This document shows, in pieces, positions 21,666 to 32,377 of a stretch of 64,000 nt of DNA. The translations under genes and the position numbers were made by a program. Each line of letters opens with the position of its first letter. Within the stretch, counting starts at the first letter, position 1. The notes beneath the pieces were generated by a model. The model saw nothing but the letters and a program-made list of their open reading frames with translations. It had not been told where the DNA came from and ran no database searches. The stretch is from positions 1,524-65,523 of the forward strand of contig JBDSDD010000049.1 of the NCBI GenBank assembly GCA_039920745.1, read 5' to 3'. Source of the DNA: Burkholderiaceae bacterium (GTDB lineage Bacteria; Pseudomonadota; Gammaproteobacteria; Burkholderiales; Burkholderiaceae_C).

Positions 21666-21893
21666 GCGACGCCTCGCGCGGGCAGCGGCCGATGTGTCGA
21701 GGCGATCATGCGGAGGACTCCAGGCTGGGGCGACAGCAACACACGGCTCACGTTGCCCGGCGATGATAGGCCCCCCCGAAGCGCTGCCTGCGTTTGCCCG
21801 GTCGGTGTCATTGCGATTCATCATCCGATCCGCACCGGCACGATCCCTTCGCACACACCGCACGCCTGACCGACCTCTCGCGGAGCCCTGGCT

Positions 21894-23027
21894 TTGAAAC
21901 TGAAGAACGCGGACACGCTTTTCCTGCGCATCTTCCTGCTGCTGCTGCTCGCCTTCTCGATCAGCTCGTGGCTGGCCTTCGAGGTGTTCCGCGCGACCGC
22001 CCCGCCGCCGTGGCGCGACACGCCACCGATGCGCCAGCCGATGCACCCGTTGTTCAGCGAGGCCCAGGGAGCCCGGCCGCCGCCGCCGGGCGCCAGCTGG
22101 CCCGCCGGCCAGCACCATCCTCCTTGGCTGTCGATCGGCCTGGACGCCGCCATCAAGGTGCTCGCCGTGGCGCTCGCCGCCTGGATCGCGGCGCGCGCGC
22201 TGTCGCTGCCGATGCGCCGCCTCAGCGACGCCGCGCGACTGCTGGGGCAGGCGCTGTCGCCGACCGCCGGCGTCGGCATTGCAGTCGCGCCGCCGCAACT
22301 CGACGAGGAGCGCGGCACGCGCGAGGTGCGCGAGACCGCGCGGGTGTTCAACGACCTGTCGCGCCAGCTCAAGACCGATTTCGATACCCAACGCCTGATG
22401 CTGGCCACCGTGTCGCACGACCTGCGCACGCCGCTGACCCGCCTGCGCATGCGCCTGTCGGAGCTGGAGGCCCACCCGGCCGCCCGCAGCGCGATCGACG
22501 ACGTGCGCCAGATGGACGAGCTGATCGAGAGCTTGCTGGCGCTGTTCCGCCCGCCCGCCGCCAGCATCGCCGGCGCGGCCGGCCTCGTCGACGTGTTCGC
22601 GCTGGTGCAGGCGATCATCGACGACCTGGCGCCGACCGGGCCGGAGGTGACGCTGAGCGGCACGTCGGCGTCAACGCGCTGCCAGCCCGCCGCGGTTCGG
22701 CGCATGGTGGAGAACCTGGTCGAGAACGCGATCCGCCACGGCGGCGCGCACGGCTCGGTGGACGTGGAAGTGACGGCCGGGCCCGCCACCGTCTGCGTGA
22801 GCGTGACGGATCGCGGTCCGGGCCTGAGCAGCGAACAGCTCGCCAGCGCAGGCACGCCGTTCCTGCGCTGGTCCGGCGCCGAGGCCGACAGCGGCCGCCG
22901 CGCCGGGCTCGGCCTGGGGCTCTACATCACGAGCGCGCTGGCGCAACGCGAAGGCGGGCGCCTGGAGCTGGCCGCACGGCCCGCTGGCGGGCTCTGCGCG
23001 ACGCTGCACCTGCCGCTGTCACGCTGA
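21894..23027 (+). CDS. Membrane sensor histidine kinase (HAMP, HisKA, HATPase)
   Basis: Two TM segments, SHDLRTPL, ENLVENAIRH, DRGPG, GLGLYI. No response regulator is adjacent. Confidence 0.9.
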   Translation: MKLKNADTLFLRIFLLLLLAFSISSWLAFEVFRATAPPPWRDTPPMRQPMHPLFSEAQGARPPPPGASWPAGQHHPPWLSIGLDAAIKVLAVALAAWIAARALSLPMRRLSDAARLLGQALSPTAGVGIAVAPPQLDEERGTREVRETARVFNDLSRQLKTDFDTQRLMLATVSHDLRTPLTRLRMRLSELEAHPAARSAIDDVRQMDELIESLLALFRPPAASIAGAAGLVDVFALVQAIIDDLAPTGPEVTLSGTSASTRCQPAAVRRMVENLVENAIRHGGAHGSVDVEVTAGPATVCVSVTDRGPGLSSEQLASAGTPFLRWSGAEADSGRRAGLGLGLYITSALAQREGGRLELAARPAGGLCATLHLPLSR

Positions 23028-23048
23028 CGCGACGGCACGCGCCTGAGC

Positions 23049-23303
23049 TCAGGGCGCGCCGACCAGCCCGTCGATCGCGCCCGCGCCCTGCGTCGAGGCG
23101 TCCTCGTGAACCTTCTTGGGGTCGCTGCCATCGTCGAGCAGCGATTCGTGCTGCGCCGACTCGCTGGCGGCGCCGTCGCCGCCAGCCGTCGGATCGAGCT
23201 CGACGCTGGACTGCACCTGTTCAGGCTCGCCACGCTGCGGCTCGCCGAGGCGGCCGCCCGAATTGAAGTTGGGGATCGAGTTGGGGTCTTGCTTGATGTC
23301 CAT
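23049..23303 (-). CDS. Small acidic, probably disordered hypothetical protein (84 aa)
   Basis: ATG with GAGAGG RBS; composition rich in D/E/G/S; fills the gap between genes. Confidence 0.6.
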   Translation of the reverse strand: MDIKQDPNSIPNFNSGGRLGEPQRGEPEQVQSSVELDPTAGGDGAASESAQHESLLDDGSDPKKVHEDASTQGAGAIDGLVGAP

Positions 23304-23549
23304 GGGGAACCTCTCGCGCAGGGCGCAACGCGGGCGAAGGGCCGCGACACCGGGGTGAGGCAACCGGCGTTCCCTGTCCGGCCGTGATGGCGGCGACGGT
23401 TCGTCGCGCCAGATTGCAGTTCGCGCCGAATCCGCTGCCGGTCGTCGCAAGGCGGTTTGTGGCTTGGTTGCAAGCTCCGATAGTCCATACATCGGAACAC
23501 GAAAAGCCTTCCGAACAGATCAACCCCCACCGACCCTCAGGAGCCCACC

Positions 23550-23735
23550 ATGACCAAGACCACCGCCCAGTTAGCCGCCCTCGCCCTCTCTGCCCTCATG
23601 ACCCTGGGCGTCGTCGCCGGCATGAACGGCCTGGCGACCACGCAATACGCTGCGGCGGACAGCCTGGCCATGGCGCAATACGGTCAACAGCACGTCGCCG
23701 TGCAGCACGTGACCGTCATCGGTCACCGCGCCTGA
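23550..23735 (+). CDS. Small secreted or membrane protein (61 aa)
   Basis: AGGAG RBS, hydrophobic N-terminus, ends HVTVIGHRA, followed by an intrinsic terminator. Confidence 0.8.
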   Translation: MTKTTAQLAALALSALMTLGVVAGMNGLATTQYAAADSLAMAQYGQQHVAVQHVTVIGHRA

Positions 23736-23771
23736 ACGACAGCGCGCCTCGAGCGCGCCCTCCGCTCCTTC

Positions 23772-23798
23772 AAGGCCTCGCGATGCGAGGCCTTTTTT
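23772..23798 (+). terminator. Rho-independent terminator
   Basis: AAGGCCTCGC-GAT-GCGAGGCCTT hairpin followed by a T run. Confidence 0.8.
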
Positions 23799-23805
23799 CA
23801 TCGCG

Positions 23806-24572
23806 TCAGTTCTTCAACCGATACCCGGTCTTGAAGATCCACGCCACCACCGCCATCGCGACCGCCAGGAACCCCAGGGTCATCGCGATGCTCAGACCCA
23901 CGCTGACGTCGCCCGCGCCGTAGAACGACCAGCGAAAGCCCGAGATCAGGTAGACGACCGGGTTGAACAGGGCGACGGTCTGCCAGAACGGCGGCAGCAT
24001 CGAGATCGAGTAGAAGCTGCCGCCAAGGAAAGTGAGCGGCGTGACGATCAGCAGCGGGATGACCTGCAGCTTCTCGAAACCGTCGGCCCAGATTCCGATG
24101 ATGAAGCCGACCAGGCTGAACGTGACCGCGGTCAGCACCAGGAACAGCAGCATCACGATCGGGTGGTCGATGTGCAGCGGCACGAACAGCGTGGCCGTGG
24201 CCAGGATGATCAGGCCCACCAGGATGGACTTCGACGCCGCCGCGCCCACGTAGGCGATGATGATCTCGACGAACGACACCGGCGCCGACAGCAACTCGTA
24301 GATCGTTCCGGAGAACTTGGGAAAGTAGATTCCGAACGACGCGTTGGAGATGCTTTGGGTCAGCAGCGACAGCATGATCAACCCCGGCACGATGAACGCG
24401 CCGTAGCTGATGCCGCCCATCGTCTGGATGCGCGAGCCGATGGCCGCGCCGAACACGATGAAGTACAACGACGTGGAGATCACCGGCGAGATGACGCTCT
24501 GCATCAGCGTGCGCCAGGTGCGTGCCATCTCGAAGGTGTAGATCGCACGCACGGCGTGCCAGTTGGCGCCGC

Positions 24573-24576
<4 letters not shown>
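23806..24576 (-). CDS. ABC-2 type permease (YadH-like)
   Basis: [28 protein letters not shown]; PGLIM; [11 protein letters not shown]. Confidence 0.9.
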
Positions 24577-25502
<926 letters not shown>

Positions 25503-25539
25503 GGCGCGCAGTATCCCGCGCCCGCGCAGATCGTGCTGG

Positions 25540-26604
25540 CTAGACCGAAATCGGCCATTCCAGCTCGCGCCGCTGCGCCGCGCTGGCGATGCCCAGCTCG
25601 ATCAACTCCATCACGGCCAGCGCCTCTTGCGGGGGCACCGGGTTCGGCCCCTCGTTGCGGATCGCCGCGGCGATGCCCGCAAAGTAGGCCATGTGCGCGC
25701 CGGCCAGCATCGCCACGGGCTCACTGAGGGTCGTGCCGTCGCTCGCTCGCGTGACGCGCACCGCGCGCCCGGGGTCGACGCCCCAGTCGGGCTGCGGCGG
25801 CCAGGTGGGGCGCACGCCGGCCTTCAGCGCGTCTTCCTGCACGTCCAGACCTTCCTTGACGAAGCTGCCCAGCGTGCCGTGCACCGCGAAGCGTGGCGCG
25901 CTCGCGGCCACCAGCATGCCGGCGTGCAGGTGCACGTGCAGCCGGTCGTAGCGCAGGCTGGCGTGGAACCAGTCGTCGGCCAGCGCGCCGTCGCGCGTCA
26001 GGTCTCGCGCCAGCGTGATCGCGTGCGGGCGGCCAAACAGCTGCATCGCCTGGTCGATCAGGTGCGGGCCGAGGTCGAACCACAGGCCGGCGCCCGGGCC
26101 GGCCATCTCGCGCCAGCGCGGGCGCACCTCGGGTCGGAAGCGGTCGTGGCGCGAGCTCATCTCGACGATGCGGCCCAGCGCACCGTCGGCCACCAGCTGG
26201 CGCAGCGTCAGGAAGTCGCCGTCCCAGCGCCTGTTGTGGAACACCGAGAGCACCAGACGACGCTTGCGCGCCAGCCCGACGAGCTCACGCGCGTCGTCCA
26301 GCGCGACGGTGAACGGCTTGTCGATGACGACGTTGCGGCCGGCCAGCAGCGCGGCGCGGGCCAGCGGGTGGTGGGTGTCGTTGGGCGTGGCGATGACGAC
26401 CAGGTCCAGGTCGTCGCGCACGATCAGCTCGACCGGCGTCGCATGGACGATGACGTCGGGCCAGTCGGCGTGCACCTTGGCCGGGTCGGAGCTGGCCACG
26501 GCCACGAGCTCGAGCGACGGCAGCGCCGAGATCAACGGCGCATGGAAGGTCTTGCCGGCATAGCCATAGCCGATCAGGCCGACCTTCAGGCGAGGCGTCT
26601 TCAT
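25540..26604 (-). CDS. Gfo/Idh/MocA oxidoreductase (YdgJ-like)
   Basis: [42 protein letters not shown]. Confidence 0.9.
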   Translation of the reverse strand: MKTPRLKVGLIGYGYAGKTFHAPLISALPSLELVAVASSDPAKVHADWPDVIVHATPVELIVRDDLDLVVIATPNDTHHPLARAALLAGRNVVIDKPFTVALDDARELVGLARKRRLVLSVFHNRRWDGDFLTLRQLVADGALGRIVEMSSRHDRFRPEVRPRWREMAGPGAGLWFDLGPHLIDQAMQLFGRPHAITLARDLTRDGALADDWFHASLRYDRLHVHLHAGMLVAASAPRFAVHGTLGSFVKEGLDVQEDALKAGVRPTWPPQPDWGVDPGRAVRVTRASDGTTLSEPVAMLAGAHMAYFAGIAAAIRNEGPNPVPPQEALAVMELIELGIASAAQRRELEWPISV

Positions 26605-26793
26605 TGGATGCCTGCGGCAGCGACAACAACGAGAGCGGGCATCGAAGGCTTCTTTCGAACGGGTTGGCGGCGCCAGGATTATGCGCGGGCCGCCGCGCGC
26701 GCGTGGCACGCGGATGACGGCACGGTGACTTCCAGGGAATGCCCTGCCCCACGAAGACGCCCGCGCTCGTCCGCGATACCCGGATCGCGGTAG

Positions 26794-26820
26794 TTCACAT
26801 ACCGGTCACCGTATGGTCAC
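26794..26820 (+). promoter_or_regulatory. Putative PHO box, three direct repeats
   Basis: TTCAC 26794, GTCAC 26805, GTCAC 26816: exact 11-bp period, 63 bp before an extracellular nuclease gene. Confidence 0.7.
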
Positions 26821-26883
26821 GAACAGAAATGACACTGCGCCCGGTCATTCAATTCGAATTTCAGATTCCCACAAGGACACGTC

Positions 26884-29829
26884 ATGCTCCGGGCCATCCC
26901 CCATCGTCTTTCCGCGATCACCCGCGGCGCCACCGCGCTGCTGGCCGCCGTCGCCGCCCCTTCTTTCGCTTCCACGTCGGGGGTCGTCATCAGCCAGGTC
27001 TATGGCGGCAACGGCGGCACCTATGCCTCCGACTACGTCGAGCTGTTCAACGCCGGCGCCAGCGCCGTGACGGTCAACGGGTGGTCGATCCAGTACGCCA
27101 GTGCCACGGGCACCGGCAACTTCACCAACGGCAGCACCGCGATCACCGGCACGCTGCAGCCGGGCCAGTACTGGCTCGTCAAGCTCAGCACCACCACCGC
27201 CGGCGCCGCTCTGCCGCCCGCCGACTTCACCGGCACCACCGACATGTCCGGCACCGCCGGCAAGGTCGCGCTCGTCAACCAGACCGCCAGCCTCGCCTGC
27301 AACGGCTCGTCGACCGCCTGCAGCGCCGACCAGCTGTCGCACATCGTCGACCTCGTCGGCTTCGGCGCGGCCAACTTCTCCGAAGGCAGCCCGGCCCCGG
27401 CGCCCAGCAAGACGGCTGCCGACTTCCGCCTCAGCAACGGCTGCACCGACACCGACAACAACGTCAGCGACTTCGTCACCGGTGCCCCCGCCCCGCGCAA
27501 CTCGGCCTCGCCGTTCGCGGCCTGCAGCGGCGGCGGCACGCCCACCCCGCCGCCGCCCCCGCCAGCACCGGCTCCCCCGGCGGCGCCCGCCGCGATCTAC
27601 CAGATCCAGGGCAGCGGCTCGACCAGCCCTTACGTCGGCCAGGCCGTCACCACCTCGGGCGTGGTCACCAAGGTCAACAACAACGGCTTCTTCATGCAGG
27701 ACCTGAACGGCGACGGTGATCCGGCGACGTCGGACGGCATCTTCGTCTTCACCAGCACGCAGCCCACGGTCGCCGCGGGCCAGTTGGTGCAGGTCACCGC
27801 CAAGGTCTCCGAATTCAACGTCGGCGCCGTGACCAACGCGGACACCGCCGCCCACACGGTCACCGAACTGACGACCGTCAGCGGCATCACCCTGCAAGGC
27901 ACCGGCTACACGATCCAGCCGCTGCCGCTCACGTTGCCGCTCGCGTCGCAGGACGCCATGGCGCACTACGAAGGCATGCTCGTCACGCTGGGCGGCCCGC
28001 TCACCGTGCAGCAGAACTACTTCCTGGGACGCTTCGGCGAACTGACGCTGGCTTCCGGCGGCCGCCTGTGGACGCCCACCAACGCGCTGCGCCCCGGCGC
28101 CGGCGCCCAGGCGCTCAACACCGACAACCTGCGCCGCACCGTCCTGCTCGACGACGGCAGCAGCGTGCAGAACCCGAACCCGACGCCCTACATCTCCGCC
28201 GTCGACAACACGGTGCGCGCCGGCGACAGCGTCACGTCGATCACCGGCGTCATCGACTACGGCCTGACCACGTCGGCCAACACCGACCCGGGCGCCTACA
28301 AGATCCACCCGACGCAGTCCGTCGCCTTCGCGCGCACCAACCCGCGCACGACGATGGTCGACGACGTCGGCGGCAACCTGCGCGTGGGCGCGGCCAACGT
28401 GCAGAACTACTTCACCACATTCGACGACGGCACCAACAAGTGCCCCCCGTCGAACACGGCCAATGACTGCCGCGGCGTCAACAACGCGGTCGAGTTCTCG
28501 CGCCAGCGCACCAAGGTCGTCGAGGAACTGGTCGGCCTCAACGCCGACGTCGTCGCGCTGATGGAGCTGCAGAACAACGGCAGCGTCGCGCTCCAGAACC
28601 TGGTCGACACGCTCAACGCGCGCCTGGGTGCCAGCCTGTACGCCCGCGTGCCCGACGCGGCCACCGGTAGCGGCACGGACGCGATCAGGGTCGGCATGAT
28701 CTACAAGCCGTCTCGCCTGTCGCTGGTGGGTGCCGCGCTGAGCGACACCGCCGCGATCAACAACCGCGCGCCGATGGCCCAGACCTTCATGGCCCTCAAC
28801 GGCGAGAAGTTCAACCTGGTCGCCAACCACCTCAAGTCCAAGGGTTGCAGCGACTTCACCGCCGGCCCCGGCGATGCCGACTCGGGCGACCTGCAAGGCT
28901 GCTTCAACGCGCGTCGCGTCCAGCAGGCCGACCAGCTGCGCAGCTTCGTCGCCTCGGTGCAGTCGCAACGCGGCGTGCTCGACACGCTGCTGATGGGCGA
29001 CTTCAACGCCTACGCCCAGGAAGACCCGATCGCCGACCTGACCAGCAACGGCTTCGTCGACCAGATCGGCCGCACCTTGGACAAGCCGGGCTCCAACAGC
29101 TACGGCTACTCGTACGTGTTCAACGGCTCGTCGGGCCGCCTCGACCACGCGATCTCCAACAACACGCTGTCGGCCAAGGTGACGGGCGTGTCCGAGTGGC
29201 ACATCAACGCGGACGAGCCCCTGGTCATCGACTACAACCAGGAGTTCAAGCAGCCGGCCTGCCCGGCCTGCGGCCCGGACTACTACACCGGCACGCCGTA
29301 CCGCGCGTCCGACCATGACCCGATCGCCGTCGGCTTGAGCCTGGTGCACGTGATCAACGGCACGGCCAACCGCGACGCTGTCGTCGGCACCGCTGGCGAC
29401 GACGTCATCACGGGCGGTGGCGGCGCCGACACGCTGACCGGCAATGGCGGACGCGACGTGTTCGTCTACACGTCGATGCGCGACGCCGGCGACACGATCA
29501 CCGACTTCGCCCCCAACGACGATCGACTCGACCTGGGCGCGCTGCTGACCAGCATCGGCGCCAACCCGGCCACCGCGGTCTCCAGCGGCGTCGTGCAGTT
29601 CATCGCCTCGGGCAACAACACGATCGTCGAGATCGACACCGACGGCTTCGCCGGCCCGGCCGTCGCCCGCCCGCTCGTCACGCTGCTCAACGTCACGCCC
29701 GCCAGCCTCGATGCGCTGCGCGATGCCGGCTTGGGTTCGCCCGCCGCCGTCGCCGCCGCGGTCAAGGCTTCGGCCAGGACTGCCGCGCTGCGCACGCTGG
29801 CGCCGGCCCGAACCACCCCATCCAAGTGA
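26884..29829 (+). CDS. ExeM/NucH-family extracellular endonuclease (lamin-tail domain, OB fold, EEP domain, RTX-like C-terminus)
   Basis: VVISQVYGGNG...DYVELFN (lamin-tail); IYQIQGSG..SP, SDGIFVF (OB); NVQNYF, ANHLKSKG, GDFNAY, LDH, SDHDP (EEP); GGGGADTLTG...DTITDF...DRLDL C-terminus. Confidence 0.92.
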   Translation: MLRAIPHRLSAITRGATALLAAVAAPSFASTSGVVISQVYGGNGGTYASDYVELFNAGASAVTVNGWSIQYASATGTGNFTNGSTAITGTLQPGQYWLVKLSTTTAGAALPPADFTGTTDMSGTAGKVALVNQTASLACNGSSTACSADQLSHIVDLVGFGAANFSEGSPAPAPSKTAADFRLSNGCTDTDNNVSDFVTGAPAPRNSASPFAACSGGGTPTPPPPPPAPAPPAAPAAIYQIQGSGSTSPYVGQAVTTSGVVTKVNNNGFFMQDLNGDGDPATSDGIFVFTSTQPTVAAGQLVQVTAKVSEFNVGAVTNADTAAHTVTELTTVSGITLQGTGYTIQPLPLTLPLASQDAMAHYEGMLVTLGGPLTVQQNYFLGRFGELTLASGGRLWTPTNALRPGAGAQALNTDNLRRTVLLDDGSSVQNPNPTPYISAVDNTVRAGDSVTSITGVIDYGLTTSANTDPGAYKIHPTQSVAFARTNPRTTMVDDVGGNLRVGAANVQNYFTTFDDGTNKCPPSNTANDCRGVNNAVEFSRQRTKVVEELVGLNADVVALMELQNNGSVALQNLVDTLNARLGASLYARVPDAATGSGTDAIRVGMIYKPSRLSLVGAALSDTAAINNRAPMAQTFMALNGEKFNLVANHLKSKGCSDFTAGPGDADSGDLQGCFNARRVQQADQLRSFVASVQSQRGVLDTLLMGDFNAYAQEDPIADLTSNGFVDQIGRTLDKPGSNSYGYSYVFNGSSGRLDHAISNNTLSAKVTGVSEWHINADEPLVIDYNQEFKQPACPACGPDYYTGTPYRASDHDPIAVGLSLVHVINGTANRDAVVGTAGDDVITGGGGADTLTGNGGRDVFVYTSMRDAGDTITDFAPNDDRLDLGALLTSIGANPATAVSSGVVQFIASGNNTIVEIDTDGFAGPAVARPLVTLLNVTPASLDALRDAGLGSPAAVAAAVKASARTAALRTLAPARTTPSK

Positions 29830-29837
29830 GTCTTTCC

Positions 29838-30578
29838 ATGAAGCAATTCCACATCGCTCCGGCCGCCCTGACGGCCCTCGCCCTGGTGCTAGCCGCCGGC
29901 ACCGCCAACGCCCAGGTCGTCAACGGCCAGTTCAACAACGGCCTGGCCGGCTGGACGACCGGCGGCGACGCCGCGGTCGTCGGCAACCACCTGTCGCTGA
30001 CCAACGCCTTCGACGCCACGGACGACACCGACGGCGTCAACCGCAACCTGTCCGGCAACGCCCCGCTGGTCTCCGGCCAACCCGGCGGCCTCGAGGACAG
30101 CGCCGGCGTGGCGCAGCAGGCGCTCGACCCGAACCCGGGCCAGGCCATCACGGCCATCGAAGGCTCGATCGCGTCGCAGTCCTTCCTGGCCGCGGCCGGC
30201 AGCCAGCTGTCGTTCAAGTGGGACCTGAGCACGCAGGACCAGAGCGGCGACCCGACGCTGGCAGACATCGCCTTCGTCGTCATCGACGGCAAGCTGACCG
30301 TCCTGGGCAACGTCCTCGACGCCAGCACCGCGATCACCGGCGGCACGTACGCGGCGCACACGGGCTGGGCCGACTGGTCCACCACGTTCGCCAGCGGCGG
30401 CACCCACACGATCGCGTTCGGCGTGGCCGACATCGGCGACTACGTGACCTCGTCCGCGCTGGACGTGTCCGACGTCACGCTGACCGAGGTGAGCGCCGTG
30501 CCAGAGACGTCGACGCTGGCGCTGATGGCCGCGGGCCTGGGCCTGCTGGCGCTGCGGGCCCGTCGCCGCCAGGCCTGA
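29838..30578 (+). CDS. PEP-CTERM sorting-domain protein
   Basis: Signal peptide; C-terminal VPETSTLALMAAGLGLLALRARRRQA (PEP-like motif, TM helix, basic tail). Confidence 0.88.
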   Translation: MKQFHIAPAALTALALVLAAGTANAQVVNGQFNNGLAGWTTGGDAAVVGNHLSLTNAFDATDDTDGVNRNLSGNAPLVSGQPGGLEDSAGVAQQALDPNPGQAITAIEGSIASQSFLAAAGSQLSFKWDLSTQDQSGDPTLADIAFVVIDGKLTVLGNVLDASTAITGGTYAAHTGWADWSTTFASGGTHTIAFGVADIGDYVTSSALDVSDVTLTEVSAVPETSTLALMAAGLGLLALRARRRQA

Positions 30579-30713
30579 GACCGGCCCGGCGAGACCAAGA
30601 GCCGGCGCGGACCTCGGCTCTTCGTCCAGCGCAGAACGTGGAATGCGTTCCAGATTCGAGGGGGCGAGCGGCGGCGTCGCTGTCAACCCCTCGCTGGCCT
30701 CGTGCACCGACAT

Positions 30714-30750
30714 GTTTTCCACAGCCTCTGGGGACAAGCCTGTGGAAAAC
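30714..30750. promoter_or_regulatory. Cluster of DnaA-box-like motifs
   Basis: TTTTCCACA (30715-30723) and its inverse TGTGGAAAA (30741-30749) both fit TTWTNCACA; a degenerate TGGGGACAA lies between them. Confidence 0.5.
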
Positions 30751-30930
30751 AGTTTGTCACCGTCACGCAGCCCGCCAAAAGTCGTGCTTTTTGCTGGATT
30801 GCACGCGGACTAGGCAGTGTCACGAATTTGCCATGCTCGTCAGGTAGCGAAACCGTGGCTGCGGGCCCGGCGCCCCAAGCCAGTGCGAACCGACCCACGC
30901 CCGAATCATTCGCTTACAGATCGGCGCCGT

Positions 30931-31584
30931 TCAGGCCCTGACCTTGCGGAAGGTGATGTTGATGCGATGCTCGCCGGCGAACGGGTGGTCGCCGTCCTTG
31001 AGCGCCTGGACGCCGTGGAAGCGCAGCCTCGACGGCCCGCCCCACACCACGACGTCGCCATGCTGCAGCGCCACCTTGCGCGCCGGGGCACCGCGCTCGG
31101 CGCCGCCCCACAGGAACACGGCTGGCAGGCCCAGCGAGACCGACACGATGGGCGCGCGCAGGTCTTTCTCGTCGCGATCCTGGTGCATGGACAGGCGCGC
31201 ACCCGGCGCATAACGATTGACCAGGCAGGCGTCGGGCGCGAAGTTCGCATAACCGGCGCGTGCGGCGGCCTCGCGCGCGAGCGTGCGGAACGCGTCCGGC
31301 AGCGCAGGCCAGTGCGCTCCCGACGCCGGGTCGACCGGGTCATATCGATAGCCGCTGCGATCCGAGACCCAGCCGAGCGGGCCGCAATTGGTCATCGCCA
31401 CCGACATGCGAAAGCCGCCCGGCGTGATCAGGTGGCGGAACGGGGCCGCGGCGCTGACGCACGCGACGTCCTCCTTCAAGCGGGCAGCGAACGCAAGCGC
31501 GAAGCCGCGCAGCACGACGGCGCCGGGGTCGAGCGTCTCGTCGTCCAGGTCGGACGATTCGGCGGCGAACAGGTCCAGCGTCAT
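30931..31584 (-). CDS. alkB: DNA oxidative demethylase AlkB
   Basis: MSVAMTNCG..GW, PDACLVNRY, HQDRDE, HGV, RINITFR. Confidence 0.93.
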   Translation of the reverse strand: MTLDLFAAESSDLDDETLDPGAVVLRGFALAFAARLKEDVACVSAAAPFRHLITPGGFRMSVAMTNCGPLGWVSDRSGYRYDPVDPASGAHWPALPDAFRTLAREAAARAGYANFAPDACLVNRYAPGARLSMHQDRDEKDLRAPIVSVSLGLPAVFLWGGAERGAPARKVALQHGDVVVWGGPSRLRFHGVQALKDGDHPFAGEHRINITFRKVRA

Positions 31585-31589
31585 GGCAC

Positions 31590-32273
31590 TCAAGCGGACG
31601 CAGCGGCCTCGGCGCGCAGCGCGGCCAGCATGCCGGTGGCCACCAGCACGCAGGTGCGCACGACATCGCGGCGCGGCAGCTTGTAGCCGCCGGTCATCCA
31701 CATCTTGGCCACCTGCAGGCCGGCGCCGACCAGCGCCCGGCCCAGCAGTTCGCTGCGCACCTTCGACAACTTGAGCGCGGGCTTGACGGCCGCGAGCGGC
31801 GCGATCGTGAGCTCGGCCATCACGCGCACCGATTCCTCGTAGAGCTGGTCGATCGCCTGGCTGACGCCCAGCACCTCCACCAGCACGATGCGCGCGAAGC
31901 GCGGCTCGCGCACGGTGTCGAACCAGAGTTCGTACGCGGCGGTGGTCTGGCGCTCGATGGCGGCGGCGTCGCCGCGCCATGCCTCGGAACGGATCGACTC
32001 CTCGGTCAGGCGCGCGGCAAAACCCTGCGTCAACGTGCCGTAGACCTCGGCCAGCAACGCTTCCAGCGACGCGAACGACTCGTAGAAGTAGCGGTCGGTG
32101 AGCCCGGCCGCCGCGCAGATGCCGCGCACCGTCGCGCCGCGAAAGCCCTGCGTTCCGAACAGCTCGATGCCAGCCTCGATGAAGCGCGTGCGGCGGGCCG
32201 CGACGCGCTCCTCCATGGCCAGGCCGCCGTAGGAACGGGCGGGCGCGGGGGTCGTCTTCGCAGAGGCGGGCAT
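31590..32273 (-). CDS. TetR-family transcriptional regulator
   Basis: RRTRFIEAGIELFGTQGFRGATVRGICAAAGLTDRYFYESF HTH; preceded by the SYGG motif. Confidence 0.9.
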   Translation of the reverse strand: MPASAKTTPAPARSYGGLAMEERVAARRTRFIEAGIELFGTQGFRGATVRGICAAAGLTDRYFYESFASLEALLAEVYGTLTQGFAARLTEESIRSEAWRGDAAAIERQTTAAYELWFDTVREPRFARIVLVEVLGVSQAIDQLYEESVRVMAELTIAPLAAVKPALKLSKVRSELLGRALVGAGLQVAKMWMTGGYKLPRRDVVRTCVLVATGMLAALRAEAAASA

Positions 32274-32281
32274 CCCCCTAT

Positions 32282-32310
32282 TTGACACGAAAGGGGCTGC
32301 CGCCTACGAT
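32282..32310 (+). promoter_or_regulatory. Sigma70 promoter of the SDR/BVMO operon
   Basis: TTGACA (32282-87), 17-bp spacer, TACGAT (32305-10). Confidence 0.7.
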
Positions 32311-32323
32311 CCCGATCAATATC

Positions 32324-32341
32324 TGACGACACGTGTCGTCA
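32324..32341. promoter_or_regulatory. Perfect 18-bp palindrome, probable TetR operator
   Basis: TGACGACACGTGTCGTCA between the divergent tetR and SDR genes, just downstream of the predicted -10. Confidence 0.8.
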
Positions 32342-32377
32342 CTTTTGCGACACCCCCGAACAACGAATGGAGACGGC

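Noticed and set aside
23049-23303. Possible RiPP precursor with a double-glycine site (NSGG)
   Set aside because: No Cys, 20 kb from lanM and no adjacent maturase.
30715-30749. Replication origin
   Set aside because: Only 2-3 boxes, no clear DUE and no dnaA, gidA or parAB context.
30702-30941. 79-aa ORF across the DnaA-box region
   Set aside because: No RBS, no motif, atypical composition; overlaps the alkB end.
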